Positions 1 through 12,281 of a stretch of 64,000 bases of DNA are shown here, piece by piece. The notes under the pieces are model-generated. The model saw only the letters and a program-made list of their open reading frames with translations. It was not told the DNA's origin and made no database searches. This DNA comes from Eledone cirrhosa (Eukaryota), in assembly GCA_964016885.1 (NCBI GenBank), contig OZ024761.1:28582001-28646000 (forward strand), read 5' to 3'. Position numbers and translations under genes: made by a program. The first letter of the stretch is position 1, and every line of letters begins with the position of its first letter.

Positions 1-123
1 AATATTATATATATATATATATACACACACATGTATATAGAGCCATACACACACACACACACGCTCACATTTACACACACACACACTCACATATATACAC
101 ACACATGTATATATATATATATG

Positions 124-733
124 ACAAAGTAAAACCTACTACAGTCAGTAGGCATCTCTAACAAAATACACCCCCGTCCCACCACCCCCAGCCCATCCAC
201 ACCGCCCCTTTCAATGTAAAGTTAGGTTGGTGCCACAAAATCCAGGCCGAAACAAATGAGATCGTGTAGGTGTCACGACAAAAAAACACACAGTCCATGC
301 TGTAATGTGACCGTGTAGGCAACACGGTAAAAACCTCCCAGCCCCACACTGTAAATGTGGTTGGTGTTAGGAAGGGCATCCAGCTGTAGAAAACCCGCCA
401 GACAGTCCACGCTGTAATGTGGCCGTGTAGGCAACACGGTAAAAACCTCCCAGCCCCACACTGTAAATGGGGTTGGTGTTAGGAAGGGCATCCAGCTGTA
501 GAAAACCCGCCAGACAGTCCACGCTGTAATGTGGCCGTGTAGGCAACACGGTAAAAACCTCCCAGCCCCACACTGTAAATGTGGTTGGTGTTAGGAAGGG
601 CATCCAACTGTAGAAAACTCGCCAGACAGTCCTATGCGAGCAAGACAACCACTCTTGCCTCAAGTGGGAAAACTCCCGTCCAAACCTATGCAAGCGTGGA
701 ACATGGACGTTAAACGATGATGATGATGATGAT
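124..733 (+). mobile_element. 3' UTR-only copy of RTE family A with an internal 112-bp unit in triplicate
   Basis: Matches the sequence after the RTE ORF stop at 11849 and ends in ggacgttaaacg(atg)n; gaagggcatcc recurs at 371, 483 and 595. Confidence 0.85.
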
Positions 734-815
734 ATATAACGAAGGAAATGTGGTAAGGAACCAGATGGACCATAACGCACCAAAGTACTCAATACTTAGG
801 GTAGTAGAGTGGGAA

Positions 816-938
816 ATAGGAACAAGTAGGACCCCGACAGCTGAGCTCAAGCCGTTTCGACGGCTAATTCTGGACTTCATTTAGTCCAGAATTAGCTGTC
901 GAAACGGCTTGAGCTCAGCCGTCGGGGTCCTACTTGTT

Positions 939-943
<5 letters not shown>
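816..943. repeat. Fold-back palindrome with about 61-bp arms, Penelope-terminus-like
   Basis: ataggaacaag...ctggact / agtccag...cttgttcctat with a 6-nt spacer and 2 mismatches; related single arm near 50380-50430. Confidence 0.85.
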
Positions 944-986
<43 letters not shown>

Positions 987-1024
987 TATATATAAATATA
1001 TATATAGAGAGATAGAGAGAGAGA

Positions 1025-2451
1025 TAAATCTACCACTCAATGGTAGGGTCTAAACCGTATAAAGAACTCAATGTAATCCATATGTAGATGTCGTGAAACA
1101 AAGTTTAAAATACAAAAACTTTATCAACGATATAATTCAATTGGATACAGAGTCAAAATAGAAATATTAAAACAATGAAATTAAACACAAAACTGTTAAT
1201 TCATAGTAAAACTCATTATTTTACGATCGTTTCTGGGGTGTAGTTCCCTGTATGTTCATTCAATTATTGATCTATGTAAAACATATTACAAAATATCATA
1301 GTAAGAAAAAGATACCCTATATGCAAACGGTTGTAATTGTAGAATAGAAGATAATTGTCCCTTAAATGGAAATTGCTTAATTAATAATATAGTATATAAA
1401 TGTGTAATCACCACTAAAGACTCTAATCAATCCTATATAGGATCCACTTCTAATCCATTTAAATCGATATTGTATGCACACACCCACAGTTTCCGAAACA
1501 CAAAATTAGCAAATACCACTTCTTTAGCAGAAGCAGTTAATAATTGTAAAAAGAAGAATATTAAATATAACCTAATTTGGAAGATTCTTAAGGGAGCTAT
1601 TTCTTATCAGGGCAATAGAAGGGAGTGTGGACTGTGTTCCCAAGAAATTTTTGAAATTACTAAATCGAAGGACACTCTATTAAATAAAAGATAAGAATTA
1701 ATTTTAGTATGTAACCATAACATTAGAAAGACATTCAAATATTATAAATACAACTAAACAAATATAGAAAAATATATAGGTGAATAAATGTGTGAGTATA
1801 GGTGTGTGTGTATATGTATGTATATGCATAAATGTATGGCTATATATAAACATGTGTGAGTATACATGTGTATATATTTTTTATATTATATATATTTAGA
1901 ACAAATTATTCCTCACAACAAAGAAATAACTAACTTTTTAAGATTATTCTATTCCATTCTACTTGATGTAACACACTAATCCCAGTACCCCTTTTCCTTT
2001 CCTCCAACCATAATCTTCTTTGACCATCAACACTTTTATATACAATATGCCTAATTTTATTTACACTAGCAACTTTCATTTCTTTTCTTAAAAGACATTT
2101 GATACCTTATCCACTGATGGCCTATTTATTCATCTACTACCACCAACCTTAAGGATTTATACTACCCCTTTCCATTCTTAACAATGGTCAATTTCAACCT
2201 GGTTATAAAAACTTACTTATTCATATGTGTGTTTTTTTGTATTCTTCAATAAACAAAACTCATTATTTCTGAAGACTGCTGGTAGTGAAGACATATGTAT
2301 CTTTTTCTTACTATGATATTTAGTAATGTTTTACATAGATCAATAATTGAATGAACATACAAGGAACTACCCCCCAGAAACGATCGTAAAATAATGAGTT
2401 TTACTATGAATTAACAGTTTTGTGTTTAATTTCATTGTTTTAATATTTCTA
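1025..2451 (+). mobile_element. 5'-truncated Penelope-like element: GIY-YIG C-terminal region, 3' UTR and an inverted terminal copy at the 5' end
   Basis: About 1331-1740 reads CNCRIEDNCPLNGNCLINNIVYKCVITT..SYIGST..IWKIL..CGLC..LLNKR; 1159-1315 is the reverse complement of 2297-2451. Confidence 0.85.
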
Positions 2452-2479
2452 TATATATACACACACACTTATATACGTA

Positions 2480-2640
2480 TACAAATGTAAAAGGTAAACA
2501 GAAATAACAAAGCTAATGACACAGTACATTGAAGAAATATATTAGTTTAACACTTGAAATAGCAAGAAAAGAGTTTTAACGTTTCAGACACTAGTCCTTC
2601 ATCAGATGATAGTTAGAAATAGGAGATAAATAGAGTGGGA
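2480..2640 (-). mobile_element. Penelope-derived terminal fragment with minimal hammerhead (HHR family A)
   Basis: Minus strand CTGATGAAGGACTAGTGTCTGAAACGTT; related copies at about 14415-14615(-), 50050-50260(+), 56790-56995(+) and 62215-62340(-). Confidence 0.7.
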
Positions 2641-2702
2641 GAAGAGGAAGGAACTAGGAAGAAATGGGAAGAAAAAAAGGGGGAAAAAACACGTGTGTTC
2701 AG

Positions 2703-2741
<39 letters not shown>

Positions 2742-2885
2742 GAGAGAGAAAGAGAGAGAGAGTCTGCCATGCAGACAATGGGGAGACTATTAATCGTGGG
2801 AGTACCCAATGCATGGGGAGGTGCAGAGTGGGTATAAAGATGTGTAAAATCCCGACCACAGCGCAAAGTGGCTTCAGCTTATTTA

Positions 2886-3220
2886 TATCATCATCATCAT
2901 CACCATCGTTTAACGTCTATCTTCCACGCTAGCATGGGTTTAGACGGGAATTGTCCCACTTGAGGCAAGATTGGTCGTCTCGCTTGTATAGGACTGTCTG
3001 GCGGGTTTTCTACGGCTGGATGCCCTTCCTAACACCAACCACGTTTACAGTGTGGACTGGGAGGTTTTTACCATGTTACCTACACGACCACATTACAGCG
3101 TGGACTGGGTGTTTTTGTCATGACACCTACACGACCTCATTATTTTGGACTGGATGTTGTGGTACCAACATAACTTTACAGAGAAAGGGGTGGTGTTGAT
3201 GGGGTGGGGGAGTTGAGGTA
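2886..3220 (-). mobile_element. RTE family A 3' UTR fragment
   Basis: Reverse complement of the 11850-12243 type sequence, with a (cat)n tail at its left end. Confidence 0.8.
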
Positions 3221-3267
3221 TATATACACATATATATATATATATATGTACTGCCTATCCATAGTAA

Positions 3268-3480
3268 CGGTTTCTACTTTAGGCACAAAGCCAACAATTT
3301 TGGGGGAGGAGAAAGTCGATTAAATCAACCCCAGTGCATGACTGGTACCTTATTTTATCGACCCCCGTAAGGATGAAAGGCAAAGTTAACCTCGGCAGGA
3401 TTTGAACTCAGACCGTAAAGGACCGTAACTCTATGCTGCAAAGCATGGTGTCCAACTCTACCGATACTGCCAATCCAACA
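3268..3480 (-). mobile_element. tRNA-derived SINE family B
   Basis: A box TGGCAGTATCGG, B box GAGTTCAAATCC, body gcctttcatccttacggggtcgataaaat, tail gtgcctaaagtagaaac; other copies at about 15775, 21670, 22655, 39055, 51272, 53335, 54220, 55352, 61120 and 61312. Confidence 0.8.
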
Positions 3481-3484
3481 TCCT

Positions 3485-3531
<47 letters not shown>

Positions 3532-4104
3532 AAGGAAAATTGAGATACATAAAACTATCTAACGATCCTATGTGATGTTTTCCTTTCCCCTCCGACACCA
3601 CAACACTTACACACACCCCAAACCCTCTCTCAGCCGAAGCACAACAACAGGTACCATATGGCAGCCGACCGCCAATGTCAAGAATTACTGCTGGTGAAGA
3701 AGGAAGAACAACAGCTCGAGAAGAAAAACGAAAAAAAAAAGGAATAATGACAAGGTAGATGGTAGTGGATGGTGTAGCGGCGGTGACAGCAAACATCAAA
3801 GCCAACACTTCAAAGACCTCTGTTATGTAGGAATACCATAAAAGAGAAAGAGATTTCAAGGCTAAATCTCTACCGATTCTATTGTAGCTGTTCTCCTGAT
3901 TTCATTCTCCGGAGCTTTCTCATTCGATCTGCTTGTTTTGTCTCTTTATTTTCTTTTTTTTTTTGTTCTTCATTCTCCTATCTTTATTAATATTATTATT
4001 TTTTTTTTTTTGATACATTTGCTTAAAATGAAACATTCTCTGCATAAAGAGATCAGAATCTGAAAGTATATGTATATTTGATGTGTATGTGTGTGTATAT
4101 ACAA

Positions 4105-4148
<44 letters not shown>

Positions 4149-4185
4149 GCACACATTCATGCACAATTTTTAATATATATATATA

Positions 4186-4230
<45 letters not shown>

Positions 4231-4328
4231 TCATGTGTGTGGTGCATATATATTTGTGTGTGTATTATATATATGTATATATATGTATATATATTGTGCA
4301 GTCTGTAACAGGTGGAGTGAGTGTCTAG

Positions 4329-4376
<48 letters not shown>

Positions 4377-4861
4377 ATGCTTCAGAAATGAAATATATAT
4401 ATATATATATATTATTTTGCATCAAGGTATTTTCATACTTGTAACTGGGTAATATTCATTATTACCCACCAAATATATATATTTATATATAGCTATACTT
4501 ATATATACATAAATATATATATATATACATATATATATATATGCTCATAAGCTTTTGAAAGCCACTAGATCCCCATCATAACACATTATCCTTCCATAAC
4601 ATTAATCTATCATTTGCCATCCATTCTCCCTCATTTTGAGAACAAAAACCTGATGAGAACAAAAACCTCCAACAATGATCTTGACTTTAAGCATTGGTTT
4701 CCTCACCAAAATTATCATTTGGCTTCAGTTTGCTTCCATCAGCCACACATTAAGGCCGTACACTACATCTTGTCTTTTTTATGCCCTATTCTTTACAGTA
4801 ACGCCCTTTTTTGTTCCCTTTTGTATCTGCAGAATAATGTGTATGTATAATACATACAAAT

Positions 4862-5672
4862 AGAGGTGTATGGCCTAATGTTGTGGGTTATGTTCTCTCT
4901 CTAGGTTACGTGTTGTGTTGTTCAATAAAAAAAAAATCTTCATTTCATGTTGCTCCAATACATTCAGCTGTTTTAAGTGGAAGCACGTCGCCTAGTCGTA
5001 AATGATAATGTCGTGGGTTAGATTCTTTGACTAGGTTATGTGTTGTGCACTTGAGCAAAAAACTTGTGGTAAGGGTGTTGGACTTATGACCATAATGTCA
5101 AGGATTTTATTCCTTGAATAGGTAGTGTATAGTGTTCTTGAGTAAAACACTTTATTTCATGTTGCTTCAGTATACTCAGCTACTTTAAGTGAAAGCACAT
5201 GGCCTAGGGGTAGGGGTCTTAGACTTATGATCATAATACCATGTGTTTGATGCCTTGATTGGATAGTGTGTTGTGATCTTGAGCAAAACACTTCATTTCA
5301 TGTTGCTCCAATATACTCAGCAGTTTTAACCCTTTAACATTTACATTACTCAATATTTGCTATTGTATTTTCAGAGTAAGGGCTTTACCTTACATAATTA
5401 TCTCACATAATATTGAATCTAACAAATTTTGATATTATCTATTTTGAGAACAATAACTTAATGTCAGTATCAGTGGCTGGTTACAGCCGGTTTGAACAGA
5501 AAGAGGTGGAAGAATTCTGGCCAGATATGGCTGGTTTAAATGCTAAAGGCTTAAGTGGAGGCACATGGCCTAGTGGTAAGGATGTTGGATTTACGATAAT
5601 GTTATGGATTTGATTCCTTGATTGGGTAGTGTGTTGTGTTCTTGAGCAAAAATACTTCATTTCACATTGCTC
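4862..5672 (+). mobile_element. Tandem run of 4-5 degenerate SINE heads (tRNA-like plus CORE-like block)
   Basis: Repeated gg/aagcacatggcctag...cttgagcaaaacacttcatttcatgttgctcc...cagctgttttaa units. Confidence 0.7.
5330..5550. mobile_element. TTAA-flanked MITE (piggyBac-like)
   Basis: TTAA|ccctttaacatt ... aatgctaaaggc|TTAA; inverted homologue at 20942-21161. Confidence 0.7.
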
Positions 5673-5679
5673 CTCTCTT

Positions 5680-6050
5680 GTGACGATATGGAGAGGCTGG
5701 AGAGACAGACATAAAGTAAGCATGCTTTGATAGACATGTGATGTTAATGTGCATGAATGACAACAGAAACAGATTGGTGAGCTGTGAGGAAAAACATGGA
5801 TGTAATATGAATCAAATGCAGTGTGCTAGAGAGAAGACTGCATTGGTATGGACATGTGAGATATATGAGTGATGATCACTGAGTCAAAAAGTGCCAAGAG
5901 ATACAAGAGGAAGACCTAGGTCTACAAATGCTGAACTTCATAGAGAAGATGGCAAAGTATAGCAATAAATAGATGAAGGCAGTCCAAAAAGACACCCATT
6001 TCACCCATGCAAGCTTGAAAGAAACCGACATAAAGTGATGGATGATAATA
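5680..6050 (+). mobile_element. Old degenerate RTE LINE 3' fragment
   Basis: Encodes ERRLHWYGHV and VKKCQE remnants and has a cccatgcaagc tail. Confidence 0.65.
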
Positions 6051-6839
6051 ATTGATGATGGTATGGTGCAGCAAAGAAAAAAAAAAAAAATGGCAGTAGT
6101 TTGAACAGGTGTCACAATGGTATGACACACCTGTTTTGTATATCTGTTCGAAACGAGGGTAACACCCAAGGTATTTATCAGGCATAATTCTGAACTACCA
6201 ATGAGAGACTACAACGAGACTCCGTAAACACAGTCACCTGACAGTTCACTTTCAGTTCTTATTTATAGGCATTTCACCTAGTCAATTTTTAGTTACGCAG
6301 GGGGTATTCAGTCAGAGTTTTTTCCCCCACAACAATAGGTAAGGCTGACGAAAAAATTTCCAAGACAGTTTAACGCCTTTCCTGGAATCTCAGTCTCCAA
6401 GAACTGTAAATTTCAAACGGCATGAAAACTATTGCAAGAAGAAGGAAATATCGAAGCAGAAATGTGATTTAATGCTCGTTAAAATATTTGGCACTATAAA
6501 AACAGTGACCCTCGTGAACTTCAGTAAAGAAATGCAGTGAAGTTTGATAAATTGGACACATTTATATGTTGCACACATTGTGGTGGTGGTGCTTGGGCGG
6601 AGGGGGTAGGGGGAGGGAGAGGCGGAGGGAGAAATCATTGTCGCGCAGAGATTCAGAATTACGCTTTGTGTAGCTAACTAAGCAATAGAGTCATCTCGAT
6701 AGACTTGTAATTAACAATCACTATCAAAGAATTTTTATTGTTCACTGAAGTTTAATAACCTAACGAGATATCATTTCTATTCTGGCATTCGTTCGTTCAT
6801 TTTTACTTCACTTTTTTTTCTCCTATATTCCAGTTGAAA

Positions 6840-7611
6840 TTCTTGTTGTTGTTGGTGTTGTTGTTGTTGTTGTCGTGTTTTTGTTGCCTGTTATCGTTGC
6901 CTGTTATCGTTCTGGCTGTCATTGTTGTCATTGTTGTTGTTGTTGTTGTTGTCATTGCTATTGTTGTAGTTGTCACTGTAGTTGTCATTGTTGTTGTTGT
7001 CATTATTGTTGTTGTTGCCTGTTATCGTTCTGGTTCTCATGGTTGTCATTGTTGTTGTCGTTGCTGCTGTTGTTGTTGTCACTGTTGTTGTTGTCGTTGC
7101 TATTGTTGTTGTTGTCACTGTTGATGTTGTTGTTGTTGTTGTCATTGCCTGTTATCGTTCTGGCTGTCATTGTTGTCATTATTGTTGTTGTTGTCATTGC
7201 TATTGTTGTTGTTGTTGTCATTGCTATTGTTGTTGTCATTGCTATTGTTGTTGTTGTTACTGTTGTTGTTGTCGTCATTGCTATTGTTGTTGTCATTGCT
7301 ATTGTTGTTGTTGTCATTGCTATTGTTGTTGTTACTGTTGTTGTTGTTGTCATTATTGTTGTTGTTGTAATTGTTGTGGTTGTCATTGTCAATGGTGTAA
7401 TTGTCACTTTTGTTGTTGTTGTTATCATTGTGGCTGTCATTGTCAATGTACTTGTTGTTGTCATTATTGTTGATGTTGTTGTCATTGTTGTTGATGATGT
7501 TGATGTTGTTGTTGTTGTTGTCATTGTTGTATGTTATCATTGTGGTTGTCATTATTGATGTTGTTCATGTTATAATTGTGGCAGTCATTGTCGATGTTGT
7601 TGTTGTTGTTG

Positions 7612-7613
<2 letters not shown>
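6840..7613. repeat. (GTT)n-based compound microsatellite
   Basis: Recurring gttgttgtcattgctatt and ttgcctgttatcgttctgg motifs. Confidence 0.95.
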
Positions 7614-7672
<59 letters not shown>

Positions 7673-7702
7673 TGCATATATATATAATATATATATATAT
7701 AG

Positions 7703-8029
7703 AGAGACACATGGCTTAGTGGTTAGAGCATTGGCCTTGCAATTCTCAGACCGGGTGATGTGTTGTTTCCTTGAGCAAGACACTTTATTTCACATTACTC
7801 CAGTTTACTCAGCTGTAGAAATGAGATTATAGGGACTGGGGTCACTATCATTCCACTGCAAAGTGGTCGTGGAGGTGCCACGGCAAAAAAGCACCCAGCA
7901 CTCACTGTAAATGGGGTTGGTGTTAGGAAGGGCATCCAGCTGTAGAAATCAAGCCAGAATCAGTTCCCGTCCCACCCTTGCAAGCAGGGAAAAGCGGACG
8001 TAAAATGCTGCTGCTGATGATGATGATGA
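7703..8029 (+). mobile_element. SINE family A: tRNA head, CORE-like block, Meta-like block and RTE-B tail
   Basis: Head atggcttagtggttagagc, block cttgagcaagacactttatttcac..cagctgtagaaatgag, block ggttggtgttaggaagggcatccagc, tail cccacccttgcaagcagggaaaagcggacgtaaaatg. Confidence 0.85.
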
Positions 8030-8044
8030 TACATACATACATAC

Positions 8045-8602
8045 ATGGTGGCTGCCAACTCGTTTTCGAGTACGGCCACTACTTTATATCCATGTAGGAG
8101 AACCCCTACCGATGCGCTGAACGAGTGTGACTTTTTAGTCCAGCCAGCGACTTGAAAACTCTGGCACAAACACTACACTTGTGACAATTATCGACACATA
8201 GTGCTTTGCCCTTGGTACCATGTGACGACAAGTGCAGAGAGATCTCTAGATATAAAGCAATGCCTGTGCCGTGAAGCTTTTATAGTGAGCAAAGGCACTG
8301 CACAAAGCCAGTCCCACTCTCTTAACCAAGATGATATTTACCTAAAAGAAGAACAAGTCAACATCATTGGATACCATCAGGGTTGCAGGTGTTATATCAG
8401 AGTTTTCCTTCTCCTAGAATTCTGCCTTGACAAAGGCTAAGGGGTCATCTCTCCCAGTGATTTTGGATGGCCATTGACTCTTAAGAGCTCCTTTGCCCTT
8501 TGACAGGTTTTGTTTTTAGTCCTGCAGGATGTCCAAAGTCACCCCCCTCACCAAGAAACCTTGGTGGGGTTGCCAGTTTAGTCGCCAACGACCCGACCAT
8601 GA
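8045..8602 (-). mobile_element. About 555-bp non-coding interspersed element, copy 1 (possibly a non-autonomous RTE derivative)
   Basis: Near-identical to 15143-15697; minus strand contains ctaggagaaggaaaactctgat, which I recall from RTE 5' UTRs. Confidence 0.6.
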
Positions 8603-8604
8603 AA

Positions 8605-8962
8605 CATACATACATACATGCATACATACATACATACATACAAATATAACTGTCTGTATACATACATACATGCATACATTCATGCATACATACAAATATA
8701 ACTGTCTGTATACATACATACATGCATACATTCATACATACATACATACAAATATAACTGTCTGTATACATACATACATACAAATATAACTGTCTGTATA
8801 CATAAATGCATACATACATACATACATACATACATACATACATACATACATACATACATACAAATATAACTGTCTGTATACATTCATACATACATACAAA
8901 TATAACTGTCTGTATACATACATACATACATACATACATACATACAAATATAACTGTCTGTA
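8605..8962. repeat. Compound minisatellite: (CATA)n plus caaatataactgtctgtata, about 7 units
   Basis: Fixed 20-nt motif separated by variable (CATA)n runs. Confidence 0.9.
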
Positions 8963-9148
8963 TATCTGTATTTAAGGTGTGTGATCGATACTGAGAGTTT
9001 GCCTGTAATAAAAATGTATTTTAAATGTTGTGGTGAACCTTTTGAGTAGTGTAGATGGAGCATCCATTATGTGAAGATAATGAAGGAATTCTTCAGAGAA
9101 TATGGTAGAGGAATGAAGAATGGTAGGGATGGGTTCAGGTGGCAGGAA

Positions 9149-9183
<35 letters not shown>

Positions 9184-10155
9184 TGTATGTATGACACAGG
9201 AAATATATTGAAGAGGGAGAGAGTGGCTGGGAGGTGAGGGGAACAGTACGGGTGGGAGGGGAGGAGGGGAAGAGAAGGGATATGGAGCCGGAGAGAGAGA
9301 GAGAGATAGCTGTGGAGAGTTGGAGAAAGAAAGAGGGAGAGAGAGCGAGATAAGAGCAGAGAGAGAGAGATAGAGCGGAAAGAGAGAGAGAGATGAAATG
9401 GAGAGAGAAAGAAGTGAGAGAGAGAAAAGGCACAGAGAAAGGGGGGGAGGAGAGAGAGAGAGGTGAAACGGAGAGAGACGGAGAGGGGGAGAGAGAGACT
9501 GAGAGATTGAGGGGGAGAGAGAGAGAGAGAGAGAGAGACATAGAGAGACAGGGAGAGATAGAGAATAAAGAGGGGAGGGAAACAGGGTTGAAGGAGGTAT
9601 AGAAGGGTTGTGTAATGAGGGGGGGGGGTAATTAGAAAAACTGATGGAAATATTCTTAAAGAAGGAAATAGGGAGAGAATCTTTGAAATGATATACAGAC
9701 ACACACACACATACATACATACAGACACATACAGACACACACAGACACACACAGACATACACACACTCACACAGACAAACATACACTGACACACACAGAC
9801 AGACACACACTGACACAGACAGACAGCCACACACTCACACAGACAGACATACACTCACACCACATATAGACACACACTGACACAGACAGACACATACAGA
9901 GGGGACACATACACACATAGAGAGAGACACATACACACAAACACACAGAGACACACACACACAAACACACACACATACACACTAACACAGACAAACAGAC
10001 ACACAACGTCACACATGAACATACACTTTCACAATGACACACACACACAGATATATTCAGAAATGGAAACACTTGAACACTTACATATATACACAAATTA
10101 TATACATATGCATATATAGACAAATTATATATATATATGCATATATATATATATA

Positions 10156-10196
<41 letters not shown>

Positions 10197-10382
10197 ATAT
10201 ACAATGATATTAAATAAATGGAAACTATATTTATAAAACCACATTTATTCTATTATATACATTTCAAGGGTAGCAAAATGTTGGTACACTATCATCAGAT
10301 GAAATACGAAGTGTGTTTTATAAATTTTTACATAACCAAGGAAAATACCTTAACGGTTCAAGTTTTTCTTCGATAGTATATA

Positions 10383-10424
<42 letters not shown>

Positions 10425-10766
10425 TATAAATATATAAACACACATATATATATATACATATATGTGTGTGTATGTGTGTATATATATATATTTATAAATA
10501 TGAGTGTATATGTATATATATATATATATATGCATGTTTGTTTGAAAGAGGGGCTTGGAGAGAAATCATTAATATGAATTCTATAACTGAAGAATACAAC
10601 AATGGATTTATTGTTAATCTATCATGTATGTAATATAAGATCTGTATGTGTATATATATATGTATTTATATATATGTATACATATATATATAAATATATA
10701 TGTATATATGTATATATATATATATTATATATATATATATATATATGTGTATGTATGTATATATAT

Positions 10767-12239
10767 AACAACGAATATAGTGAAGAGTTTAGTGTAAAAG
10801 TTGGTGTTCATCAGGGCTCTGTTCTTAGCCCCCTACTATTTATTATTGCTATAACAGTGGAGTTCAAGACCGGCAGCCCATGGGAACTCCTATACGCAGA
10901 TGATCTAACGCTCATAGCTGAATCATTGGCCGAGCTAGAGATGAAATTCCACACATGGAAGCACGGCCTAGAATCAAAAGGCCTTAAAATTAACCTGGCT
11001 AAGACTAAAGTTCTAGTTTGTAGGAAAGAAATTAAGGCTCCGGTCCCTTCCGGGAAATGGCCATGCTCAGTGTGTAGGAAAGGCGTAGGTAGAAACTCCA
11101 TTTTATGTCCCAAATGCAAAGTATGGGTGCATAAAAGATGTAGTGGGATCACAGGTAAGCTAACTAAGAACATAGATTTTACATGTGGCCAGTGCTCTGG
11201 TGCAATAAGTAGCAGCAAGTGCCCACAAAATAATTGCTCCTTCAATTGCGCAGAGGGTTCTATAGAAATAGTGGACAGCTTCCGTTACCTGGGTGACAAA
11301 ATCAGCAGTGGGGGAGGGTGCTCTGAAAGTACAGTAGCTAGAGTCAGAACGGGATGGAAAAAGTTCAGAGAGCTTATACCACTATTAGCCGCTAAAGGGT
11401 TCTCCCTAAAAATGAAAGGCAGGTTGTATGATGCCTGCATACGAACAGCAATGTCGCAAGGCAGTGAGACCTGGGCATTGTGTGCAGAAGATATACGCAG
11501 ACTAGAGAGGAACGAAGCTTGCATGCTCCGCTGGATGTGTAATAGTAATATACGTGAACAGCAAAGCATAAACGAACTAAGGGAAAAATTAGAAATAAGA
11601 GGGATCAGATGTTGTTTACTCGAGAGAAGGCTACGTTGGTATGGTCACGTGATACGCATGAAAGACGACAGCTGTATAACAAAGTGCAGGGCAATAAAGA
11701 TAGACGGTAGTCACGGAGTAGGCAGACCCAGAAAAACCTGGGACGACTTGATAAATTCCGACCTCACACACTTACACCTCTCCAAGACAATGTCACTGGA
11801 CCGAGATATTTGGCGGTACTCAGTAATAGAGAAGACCCACCTTGCCTAAGTACAAAGTAAACCTACTACAGTCAGTAGGCATCTCTAACAAAATACGCCC
11901 CCGTCACACCACCCCCACCCCATCCACACCGCCCCTTTCAATGTAAAGTTATGTTGGTGCCACAACATCCAGGCTGAAACAAAAGAGATCGTGTAGGTGT
12001 CACGACAAAAAAACACACAGTCCACGCTGTAAATGTGGCCGTGTAGGCAACACGGTAAAAACCTCCCAGCCCCACACTGTAAATGTGGTTGGTGTTAGGA
12101 AGGGCATCCAGCTGTAGAAAACCCACCAGACAGTCCTATGCGAGCAAGACAACCACTCTTGCCTCAAGTGGGAAAACTCCCGTCCAAACCCATCCAAGCG
12201 TGGAACATGGACGTTAAACGATGATGATGGTGATGATGA

Positions 12240-12243
<4 letters not shown>
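10767..12243 (+). mobile_element. 5'-truncated RTE LINE (family A): RT C-terminal half with PHD-like insert, open to the stop at 11849, plus 3' UTR
   Basis: [41 protein letters not shown] and GRPRKTW motifs; (GAT)n tail; begins at a (TA)n tract. Confidence 0.95.

Positions 12244-12281
<38 letters not shown>

Noticed and set aside
3633-3760. Possible plus-strand terminal exon after ctctctcag
   Set aside because: Short frames, no recognisable protein and no partner exon
6104-6135. Hairpin aacaggtgtca/tgacacacctgtt as a pre-miRNA or paired E-boxes
   Set aside because: Stem too short for a miRNA precursor and no independent support
6389-6428. Minus-strand acceptor followed by FSCRLKFTVLGD* as the last exon of the host gene
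   Set aside because: Only 12 codons, 48 kb from the previous candidate exon; cannot be distinguished from chance
6803-7649. Long poly-Val/Cys/Thr/Asn ORFs, and similar ones at 16023-18473, 20264-21128, 34530-35477, 36784-37545 and 51389-52066
   Set aside because: Stop-free translations of microsatellites that are open in several frames and on both strands
10602-10766. N-terminal part of the 415-aa ORF
   Set aside because: Read-through of (TA)n flank; RT homology starts at about 10767, so the element is not full length
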